A DNA stretch of 64,000 nucleotides from Vicugna vicugna (Eukaryota): assembly GCA_013265495.1 (NCBI GenBank), contig MU059781.1, positions 1,773,667 to 1,837,666 on the forward strand, read 5' to 3'. Below are positions 11,498-23,400 of the stretch, one piece after another. The translations under genes and the position numbers were made by a program. Numbering within the stretch: position 1 is the first letter of the stretch; every line of letters begins with the position of its first letter. The notes below the pieces were generated by a model. That model did not search any database. It was not told the origin of the DNA and was given only the letters and a program-made list of their open reading frames with translations.

Positions 11498-14400
11498 CTA
11501 CAAAATTAATACGTTGAATCCATTTGTCAAACTCCTCCTTGACAGAAACCATGCTGAGATTGAACCAGTATTTTTACTCTCTTAAAACTAGGTTATTCCT
11601 AAGGACACTGGCCTTGAATTAGACTTACAGTGTGTGACACATACCGTAGTGGGTCATGTATGTATTATGGTATGAAACATACATGTACGTTTTTTACTTT
11701 ATGACACTGTCAGGGTCAATATTGAGTGTCTTTATCAAGCTAGCAATTAGAATCAGATATGTCTGACCATACACTCTACAAATCTTTCAGGGAACAGGAA
11801 ACAGGAAATTCCAATGTTGATTCAGCAACAGTAACGCCGAATAACTGTACTGAGCAAGTGTCCTGAGCTAGAGGCTGGATTTACCATTTTCATTACTTCT
11901 CTTCTGGCCTTAGGCTCCAGCACAGTTTTGGACAAATTCAAGTGACAGTGGGGATTTCTGGAACGGACTACAATCATTCTCTGCTTTGGAAGGTTCCTGG
12001 GAATAATTAGCTGCTGTTTCACTTTTCAGTTTTTGTTCAGTCTTCCCCGGAGAGAGGTTTTTTATGGTTCTGTAGATCCATATTGTAATGACTGGGTGTT
12101 TCCAAAGATGGCCACTGCCGACTTTTTATATTCAGTTAAAAGCAGGGACCATGTGTTACTGCTTTTTGTATCACCCGAAGTGTTTACTCATCAACTTCTT
12201 CATTCATAAACAGGAGGAAAAGGCATATACTGGAAATGTCTTATTTGTCCATCTCAGCCAAACGGTGAACTCCTTGAAGAAGTGTTTTGCTATTATGTTT
12301 ATCCTAGGGTTTAAGCCTGGGAAGGACCAAAAACGTCTCAAGACAAGAAAAATCTCTAATTTTGTTTCTGAGGGGATGAGAGGATAAAACTAGCTCTGGG
12401 TTTTAGCTACCACTCTATCCAGTTCCGCACTATCAGCACGGTGAAGACTAGCCTTCCACGCTTACCTCAGCGAGGAAATCAGCTTCATTATCCGCCGAGA
12501 TGTTTAAGCCGGAAACGGCGTTGAAGAGTTCTCGTTCACCGAGGGCTTCCTTTACTCCTCCTTTCTGGAAAAACTAGTAAAGAAATACAAGAAAGTCAGT
12601 AAGAGGTATTAGCAAGGTTCTCTTAGAAATGAAAAAACAGGGACCAGTGTACTTGTAAGACACTAGTGAAATCCTTCCATAATTCTCAAGCCACAGATGC
12701 CCCAATTCAAGTCGAACTGCACTCAGGTTCTGCTCACTGTCCTCTCACACACATCCGGGCTGCCTTCTGGATTTAGTCTGTCATACTGTACCTTCCATAG
12801 CTATAAATATGAGTGCAATATAAAAAACTGTTTGGCACTGCTTTGAATGAATAGTAGACTCAAAATAATCACTAAATCCTGTGAATTAAAATTTTCCAGG
12901 AGGCTCAGAAGGTATTTCCAAAATGAAGTTATTCTACCATTCAGAAAGATCATTCCTATCTGGATCTGGGGCTAACAATTCATTTCCTTTAGAAAGGGCA
13001 AACAAACGTGCCCCAAGTCTGTGATTACTGAGTTTTACCTTCCCTAATCTGTTTACTCTGCCTCACAGAAACAGTGGTCAGACTGCACCACTAAGGGCAC
13101 TTATCTCTGTTTAATGCAATAACAATGGCAGTAAACATGCAGGCTTACTACGGGCCAGCTTCTCTTAAAGCACTGTGCATGTGTTAAATGTCTACTTGGC
13201 TGTTTAAATATTTAGAACCAAAATAAAAATTTACTCCCTTGGAAATTTAATTCAACAGTCAAATGTGAGGCATGCAATCAATTCTTGCAAAAAATGAAAT
13301 CTGACAAATCGATCCTTGTCTCTGCAATCTTGAAAGCAACCCGTAACTAAACCCTTCCTTTAATTTCTAAGAATCCAGTCATCTTATTTATCTCAGAGGG
13401 AGAAAAATATTTGAATGTTACATCCCATAAAAAAGACAGTTAGCTGACAGCCTACCTGTGAGACATTCCTACAGTCACGGAACAAGAACTCCAGGCCGTG
13501 AGGATGGGTTGGTTCTACAGACTGACTGACGTCGATCAACCAGACCTATTAAATACAGAGCATACAGTGATCCTTTTACCTTCAGTAATCTGCATCGAGT
13601 CGTTTAATCTGGACAGTAAGAAATCGTGCTCCTCACCTTCCCAGCATGCCACAGCATGTTGTACTCACTGAGGTCGGCGTGCACCAGCGCACACTCGTTA
13701 TATAGCTGCTGCATCAACTGTGGGGGGCAAGGCAGACATTTAGGAAATGAAGGGACAATTCTATTTTACCTGCACAACTAAAATGCCTTTGTCAACCAAT
13801 ATTTTCCAGAATGGGCAAAATTAGGTTAAAAAACTTACTTCTTTGTTGTACAATCTAGGACTGGGTGTTTCGTTCCCCTCCGCCAATGCAGGCGGGAGAA
13901 CAGTGAGACAATGGAAGGGGTGAGTGTGTGACACTCTACTTCCCTGTCCATGTGACAGCAGTGAGATCAGGAGGTCAAAGGGCAGACCTAGATTCCCATA
14001 TGAGTAAGAGAGCTGTGGTCACTAACCAGGGGACCTAGGCTTACCCTTCATAAAAGGGCAAATGTCCCACTGAGACCTCTATGGGGTGTATACAACTCCA
14101 AGGTAAGAAGTTCCTCCTGCCAGACATAGTGGGAAAGAGATTCTTATAAATTAAGTGGCATTATATATTCACTATGGGCGGTGAGCCCCAGCCTTGTGGT
14201 AGCAATCAGCATGAGTACTTCATTTCCCAGCCTTAATAGAACCAAACAGGAAGAGAACATCACCACCTCATCTCTGCCCAGCCACCCCACCGCCAAGAGG
14301 AGCCAGAGGATTAGGCTGGATTTCCCCTGAGTGTTTTCCTACTGGAGGCAGAGACAGGTAGATTCTCTCTCTAGCTGTATCTTAAAAAATTAATTTGATG

Positions 14401-17400
14401 ACATGCTCATATTCACATCAACTGCTGCATGGCATGAGCGCTCCATGCAGAGACTGTGTAACAAAAACATGTTTCTCCATTGTTCAGTTAAGACAACAGA
14501 GAGGAATAACAACAAAATTAGAGCATTTTCTTAAGCTAGAAGGACCTCAGACTGAATTCAGTTGCTGTCCGAAGCACAAAGAGCTTCCTCAGGACTCTGG
14601 ACATGTGCCTTCCATCTCTAACACCTGCACAGATGGAGAAACCACTCCTTGCCATCTTGTTTTGTTTTCATCATCACTTTCTTATATTGAGACCAAATCT
14701 GCTTCCCTCTCATTTCCCAGCAGGAAAAGTATTTCCTTCTCTTTTAGAGCTACAACATTCAAGAAGGCAAACAAACCAGTGAGGCACTGTATTTGCTAAA
14801 CATACTAATGTCAAATTTATTTAATAAAGTTTTGTAAACAACAGCTTCAGGCTCCCACATCACTAATGGCCTCACTTGCTTCACTGGTCTATGATTTTTC
14901 TAAAACCACTCAAGACACACGCATATTGATATAAAGACGACTCTTCAATATTAACATTTGTTCACAAACTTCAGTTTGTCCTTGTTACATCACCTTAAAT
15001 TTAGGACTTTTTTTTTCAGTTTAGAAGAAATTTTTAAAAAGTTGGTGTGTGCATGCTCTGAAAGGCACAACTTACACGAAGAGTTTGATAGTAGGCTTCT
15101 TTCATTTCTTCACTACTGAGCTTTACTTCTTTTAATTTAGGGGCTGGAACTTGATCATGGCCAATGAAAGACATAACTAAAATGTGTTTCTTGAGCAGTA
15201 CAACTGTAGGACAAGGAATTCCAGCTCTCTGCATTCTATACAAAAAGAAATGATTAAGGATGTAAAGATCAGAAAGAGAGACTATTTCATTTATTCAACA
15301 AATATCTACAGAGGGCCTGCAATGAGCTGGCACTATGTTCTACTGTGGGGAATGTTGGAATGCAAAAACAGTAAGATAATCTTTATCCTCTCAGAGCCTG
15401 TGGCCTGGTGAACATGACAGACAAGTGAGATGATTACAGTGCAATGCTGGTACCTGGCAGAGGTGGGACCACAAGGCATCAAGGAAGAAGTGGGCAACAG
15501 GAATTAGCCAGATGAAAATTGTGTGTGGGGGGGGGTAGGGCAGGTATAGCTCAGTGGTAGAGCATATGCCTAGCATGCACAAGGTCCTGAGTTCAATCAC
15601 CAATACTTCCACTAAAAATAAAAGACATAAAACCTAATTAGCCCCCTCCCCACTCCCAAACAAACAAAAAACCAAACCAAAACAAACAAAACAAAAAAAC
15701 TGTGGGCAATGCTGGTCTAAGGCTGCACGCTACTGTGGAAGTGCACAGAGGTGCTCAAGAGCACCGCCCCCTTGGGGAGCATGTGTAAATCACCACGGCT
15801 GGATGGTGGGTAGGAGGACAGGCCGTGTGGGCTGAAGCTACAGGGAAAGGCAGGCTCCACGTCACAAAATGACTTCGAACTTTACACTGAAGACTATGGG
15901 AGCTGCTGAAAATTTTTTAAGAAACGCAGGGATGACATCTTAGTAACACAGAAAAGAGACTGGAGGGCAGCAAGACCTCTTAGGAAATTATTCTAATTAG
16001 AAATTCTACTAAGTAGACTTCTGCAATGAATAAATGTGGATAATTACTTTTGAAAGGAAACATATTTAGGAAAAGTAAACTAAAATTAAGCTTTAATAGT
16101 TAAAATATGGGAAGGTTTATAAATAAGAAAGATTACTCAATTTCTTGGTTGACAAAACAAATTCCTTGATAAATTCTGCTTAGAGAATTGAGAAACAAGT
16201 CTAATAAATGAAAACAAAATGCAATTTGACTAGTAAAACCCTGCCCTCACTAAACTAATGAATATCAGATGGAATAAACATTTCTTGAAACAAAAAAGGA
16301 AATCATTATTTATAACATGCCTAATTGGAAGATGATGAAAAAGACAGCGTTTAGATATGTGACAAAATCTCTTAAGCAGAGAGTGATTAATTACCCTCAA
16401 AGTTTACTGAGGAAAGAGAAAACAAAATGGCTTTTTCATCGTACAAGTATGAATTCAAGTTGTAGGCATGGAAATGTTTTCTTACAGAAACTCTCCTTAA
16501 ACACGGGAATTTCAATACCTTTCATATCTTCTATAAATGAACTTAAAAGCAAGCATGGATTTTTCTGCCTGGCTAGGAGGCCTCATACAGAAAGGTAATT
16601 ACCCAAGATGGCTTCTAGCACATTGATTGTNNNNNNNNNNNNNNNNNNNNNNNNNNNNNNNNNNNNNNNNNNNNNNNNNNNNNNNNNNNNNNNNNNNNNN
16701 NNNNNNNNNNNNNNNNNNNNNNNNNNNNNNNNNNNNNNNNNNNNNNNNNNNNNNNNNNNNNNNNNNNNNNNNNNNNNNNNNNNNNNNNNNNNNNNNNNNN
16801 NNNNNNNNNNNNNNNNNNNNNNNNNNNNNNNNNNNNNNNNNNNNNNNNNNAACATTAAGTCAATATAAATTGCCAGGCAACAAGACAATTTCAAAATAAA
16901 GATTTTATGACATGAAAGTAGATCTACTTTCTCTGAGAATGTCAAGCTTTAGTTGTTTTTTTTTTTAAAGGCTTCAAGTTTGAGGTCTTAATAAAACCTT
17001 AGGTTTTAGCTTTTTAAATAAAATACACTTTCAAAAAATTGTCAAATAGTCCTCAACAATCCATAATATAATCTTCACTTAATGACGATGGAATCAATTT
17101 TCAGGGAGACAGATTATTCTATATGAGGAAGAAATTCCTAATAATTTAAAGATGTTATAGACATCTTTGGACTTTGAGATGATAAACTGAAATAGTTTTA
17201 ACCATAGTAGAGAGGCCCTATCAAGAACACCACTTAGGAGATCCCTGACTTGGAAGGTTTCTAGGACAGAGTCTAATTTACAAAATTCATCTTGTCATTC
17301 CCCTACTTAAACAACTCCCTTCTCAGTAAATCACACATCCCTCTGCCTAGGTTTTAAGGTTCTCCTTACCAATTTCTGGTTTGCTTATATAACTTTGTAT

Positions 17401-20400
17401 TTTATTACCTCCAAATATATACCTTCTAATCTCCTCACTGTCCAGTCTCATTGCCTGAACTTCAATCCTCCCATTCTCAGCCTCTTTAAAAAAAAAAAAT
17501 TAAACTTTATAGCTTTATCTAGTTTCATTCCCCATTCCACCTCTTCTGAGACAATCAGGATCATGAACATTATCTTTCTAGTCTTTTTAAAAAGATACAT
17601 ATGTAAGTATCCACAAACATGAGCATCTATTTAAGAAACCATATAAGTTACATTCTGTGTAACTTTAAAAACTTAAATAGATGGTACACTGTATATATTC
17701 CGCAACTAGTTTTTTGAATTAAATACTGTTTTTTTGTTTTGTTTTGTTTTGTCTTTTTAACCTATTTTTAAAATCCAGGTTGAGGTCCAACTTCATCATG
17801 ACCTCCTCCCTGAAAGTGACTGGCAATGATCTTGTTCTATCCTCCATTTCTCTCCCAAGGTCTCACTTGTCGTCTGTGTGTTCTATTATGTAATTATTTT
17901 TTTATTGACCATAAGAGTTCCTACTGGAATGCTTTCCTCTTTGCTATACCATAAGCTCTTTGCAAGTAGGAAACATGTTATACATTTATTCTCTAAGAAA
18001 TCTAGCACATGTTACTATTCAAGTTAACTGTTGATTATTTGGCTGAAAGTGACAGAACCCAAACAGCTCTGTGGCAGGCAGAACCTAAAATGGCCCCCAA
18101 GCTCCCAGACCCCGGCGTACACACCTGTATAATCCCCTCCCTCTGAGTGTGGGTGGGGTAGCCACTCCCTTGATTAGCTTATGTTATCTGGCAAAGGTGA
18201 TGGTACAGTGTTTCCAAGATTATACTCCATTGTCTAAGACTCAGTAGACTGAAGGGAGAGATTCTCCTGCTGGTTTTAAAGAAGCAACCTGCTGTATGAA
18301 AGGGCTACATGACCAGGAGCTGCAGGGGCCTCTAGGAGCTGAGAGCAGCCCCTGGCTGACAGCCAACCAGAAAGTGGAGACCTCTGTCCCACAGCTGCAA
18401 GGAACTGAACTGTGCCAGGGGAAGAGGACCCCATGTTCCAGAAAGGAATGCTGCCCAGTCAACACCGAGAATGCAGCCCTGTGACACCCTGAGGGGAGAA
18501 CCCAGCTAAACCGTGCCTGCCTGAATGTCTGATCAATAGGAACTATGAGATAATAAACAGGTGTTGTTTTAAATTGCTAAATCTGTGGTAATATGTTATG
18601 TAGCACAGAAAACTACTAACATAAACTTTAAAAAATATTTACTCTTAGTTGTTGAAAGCTAAATGCTCTCTAGCTTTGCTAGTTTACAAATGCCAAAGTA
18701 CAGATTACAGTACCAATTCCATCAGAAGGAAAGGGAGCTCATTCATTATATATCAAAGAATCATTAAGGGTAACAGAAAATGGACAAAGGATAAACAAAG
18801 GCACCTGACAAGAATAAGAAACTCAAGTGGCCAACACATTTGAAAACAAAATACAAAAACATACAAGCTTAATCATAATGAAATAAATGCACACCAAAAT
18901 ATCAAAAAGGCACATTTCATCTTTTATACTGACAAAAAAAAATTAAGTTTGATAAGACCAGGCATTGATAAAGGATGCAGGAAATAGGCTCAGACTGCTG
19001 CTGGTAGCATAAATTGGTTAACCTTTTCATAGGGCAATTTGGCAACACCTCCTGACATTTAGAATGTATGCAACCTGCAGATTTGACCAGCTCATAGGGA
19101 AAACTGGATTTACCCTACCATTAAAAGATAAACACAAATTCAATATTTCTGGTCTTTTGGTGTGACATACAAAAAAATTTTTTTTAATGTTAATAAATAA
19201 AAGAAATCAAGAAACACTGCTTGCTAAAATAGCCAGCTCAGAGGCCCAACAGGGAGCAAAATCTGGTACTCTCCATTCAATAAGGCCTTCCACTACTTAA
19301 CAGAAAGAGGAAAAAAATGCATGTAGTCTTTGCTCCAGCAATTTCAAGTGTTGGGAATTTAGCTTAAGGATGTATTTGCAAAAGCACACCAAGGTATATG
19401 TACAATGACATTCTTGTATATTAACACAACAGAATATCCTACTAAAAAAAAATAGCAGGATATAAACTAGTATCATAGAAGGATCTAAGATACATTGATT
19501 GAAAAATGAAGATGCTGAATGCAGAATATAATCTCTTTTGTCTAAACAAAATAAGAAGTATATGCCTAAGAATTTCTGGAAGACTACACTAAAAACTATT
19601 CATAGTGGTTACCTTTGGAGGAAAAACCTGTGGGGTGAGAGTTGGTAAGATGAAGGCTACTTTCATTTTAATCCTTTCTCTACAGTTTTAATTTCTACCA
19701 TGAGAAACCTTTTATTTTAAAATAATTTGTGCTACTAAGTTATATTTGCCTGGTCTCAGGGAACTATCAACTGAATTTGGAAAGAGGGCAGCAGAGCTTA
19801 AAGCCAGAAAGAAATAAATGTTTATTAGCAAATATAATCTCACGTACCCCCCAAAAACCCTATGAGGTGAGGGTCAGTTTTTAAATGAAGTTTAGTAAAT
19901 TGCTCCAGATTACATTGCTTAAAAAATGTAGAGACATTTTATCCTAACATTCATTTTTATCACTTTCATTTCACAACTTAGTATAATTTGATACCTGATT
20001 ATATGTACACATCTTATCTAGAAAGGGAGACTAGTTAAATAGTTAAGAAAACCAAAGGCAAGGACTTGACCAATAATTATTCGAATCCCCTTAAGAATAT
20101 AATAAATACCTTCTAAACCTGAAAAGAAAAAAACTGGAATAATCTGTAATCTATTTTAACACTTGTGTTTAAAAACAATGTTAAGGTAAAGGAATAGCTG
20201 AGCTAGTAATCCTTGTTCAACTAGTAAGACTTCAAAGCTAAGTAACCTGGTGACTTCATAGTCTTGGCTTAAGCACGTTCTTTGAACAGGCTCCATGTTT
20301 ACAAATGTTTCTCTTCCTCATGCCATCCTTTCCTCAACACTCGTAACAAAAGTAAAGTGAGAAAGATCTAAAATGGCATAAGATCTTTAAAGACATGTCC

Positions 20401-23400
20401 TTAAATAATGCAAGCATTATTTAAAGCTAGTATTTCTTAAAGATCAGTGTTATAAGTGGGGGGATTGGTAACTAATCTAAGTTTGGGCCCCCCAACCTGG
20501 TACCAAAGGGTACCATAGTGGAAATACATGGGGTTTGAGTCAAACTCAGGTTCAAATTTTGCTATGACACGTACATCTGCCTGTATGATACAGTATGATC
20601 ACAATAATGTAAAAAATAATATATTCATAGAAAAAAGTCTGGAAGAGTCTACACAAAATGAATGGTTTTCTCTGGGTGGTAGCATTGGGACAATTGTGTT
20701 TTTCTTTATACGTCTCTATATTGCCTAGACTTCCAACAACAACGCTTTAAAAATAAATGTTAGCCATGCAGGATGATCTTTGATTTCTTGTAAATCCATT
20801 GGTATCAGTGAGAAGGGACTAAGCTTTTGTTGATACGTAGTGTTTTGCTCATTTACCTCCCTCCATACGCATGAAAGACCACAGATTCCTTTCCTGTACT
20901 AATACAGCCAGTGATTGTCTCCAACATTCCCGAGTTGACCATTTTATACATAAGTAAGCGTGTCTTAGGATCAACTGCTTTTTCCTGCAAAAGATACAGC
21001 ACTATCAGTGAAAATGGTAGTAACAAAACATTTTCTGAGCCATTTCTAACACCTAACATTTAAAATACATACTTTTTCAACCTCTATTATTTAATTTACC
21101 TAGATGTATACATTAATAGGCTCTTAAAAGACTGCTGTCAAGACACACTTCACTCTTATAACTCAATGTCTTTGAAAGTGAGTATCTAAAAGAACCATCA
21201 AAATTCAGATGCTAACTTAGTTAAAATTTCTCCCCAAAGTTTAAACAGCTCTCCTAGTGTACTTACATAATTTGTTTTTCTAAAGGTTTAAAAGTTATTC
21301 TCAAGATATTAGATACTATCTTCATTAATTAGAATATTATAACCTATTATGTTATAATCTATCATAACAGGAAACAATTTTTCATATGCAATGTAAACTA
21401 TACAGTCCAAATTAATTATGACCACTGAAATGTTAATTTTGAATAAGTGATTAACAACCATTACATCAAACCTAAAAAGTTAATGGCAAAGCTACTTGGG
21501 TTTTACTTACATCTTTGGTTTAAAGAGTCAATTTCATGAAAAAAAAAAATCAAACATGAAGTTTTCTAATATGCATCTTTCCATAAAGAAAACAAAACTG
21601 TAGGACTACTTACTGCAGTAGAATGCTCTTTCTTCTCATGGAGGCGGGCACTTCGACGTTCTTCTGAGTAGGCGTGTTGTTTTAAAGCATTGAAAACATG
21701 GTTTGATAGTTTTAAATCCATTCCAATTCCATCTCCTACTTGAAACCCAGGTGCAAACTAACAAAAGGAAGAAAAATTCGCATCTGAATACTTTAAAATG
21801 GGGGCGGTAAAAACAAAAAACAATGAGAAAATCAATTTTTACTTGGAACAGGTTTCCAACTCAGTAGATGATAATGTTGAACAGAACTCAAAGGTATTAC
21901 AGAGGGAAAAACAACTCACTTGCTTTTATATCAGACAAAGGATACATTGTATTTTGAAATCATATCAATCTTACCAAAAAAATACAATTTCATAATTATT
22001 TTTGAAGAGTGGGTTAAAATAGGAAGCCATGCTCACACCGTGACAGTTATGGCCAATATGGAAGCCACTAGCCACATGTGGATATTTAAATTTAAATTAA
22101 TTAAAATAAAATTAAAAATTCAGTTCCTCAGTTGTAACACCCAAATTACAAGCACTCAATTGTCAAAAACAGCTCCCACATTAGATAGCACCAATACAGA
22201 ACATTTCTATTACCACAGAAAGTTCTGTTGGACAGGGTTGTTCTAGAGTCAGGTCTGGACTATTTCTAGAATTCAGTAATATGTTTACTTAAGTACTTGT
22301 GTTCTAAAGTCTAAATGTTTTATATTAACCACAATATTTACAGAAGAGGAAAAAATGCTATCTTTTCTTTGTCTCTTTTATTTTAAAAAAATTACATTTT
22401 GTTTCCGATTTTGCAGGGGTGGTTCAGACACAAGGTAAAAAATTCAAATGTATAAAAGGGTACATAGTAGAAAGTATTTTTACTCCCAACTCTTAACCCC
22501 CAATCACCACTGCTATCTGTTTCTTGGGTATTTTATGGAAAACAGTATGCTGAAAAGGAAACGTTCCTTTCATAAGAACGATTTCTTAACTTTAGAATCA
22601 ACGTAATTCGAACTAGCTTTCTCAACGTCGTCACAGAATTTCATTCTAAGGTACATTGCATCTGCACTAGTCGCTGAGTTTTCACGGTATTGCTACATTG
22701 TCATCTGAATATCTCTGGAAAGGATGAAGGGTATTTTTAGAGATTTAAGATGCTGTATTTAGAATTCTATGCTTTTAACTTATTCTAATAAAACTTCCAA
22801 TTCAGAGTAATACTTCCTGTAACTTACATTTTCCATTCTGGCTGTATTCTTTCTCCCACATACTACTTCATCATGCTTGGTGGTGATGTCTTTTCCTTTT
22901 CCAATAAAACCCTTTTTGGGAGTAGGAACTGGTTTTGCTAAAGTTGATTAAGACAAGCCAAGTATGTAAAAATAGCAAACACTAAATCGCTGCATTCAAT
23001 ATTGCCTGAAAAAGATATCTGAATCTAATGGTAAGTTACCAAATGAGATTCAAAGATAAATTTAAAATCCAAGGAATCACTGGAAACTTCAGTTTTCCTC
23101 TGTCCCCAGTCTGTGCTCCCGGAAAGTAANNNNNNNNNNNNNNNNNNNNNNNNNNNNNNNNNNNNNNNNNNNNNNNNNNNNNNNNNNNNNNNNNNNNNNN
23201 NNNNNNNNNNNNNNNNNNNNNNNNNNNNNNNNNNNNNNNNNNNNNNNNNNNNNNNNNNNNNAAATAGTGTAAGATGTATTTAGGAGTACATTACAAGCAC
23301 TCTGACCACCCCATGGAGTTGTCACAATGAGGTCATAGTACCTTTGCTATCTCCATTGAATTTTTTTTCTTCACGCCTAAGCTGTGCATCATATTCTCTG

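Noticed and set aside
15538-15612. tRNA-like sequence with A and B boxes
   Set aside because: There is no complete cloverleaf or acceptor stem, and it is followed by a SINE tail and simple repeat. It is a vic-1-type SINE, as are the copies at 2400, 28282 and 52915.
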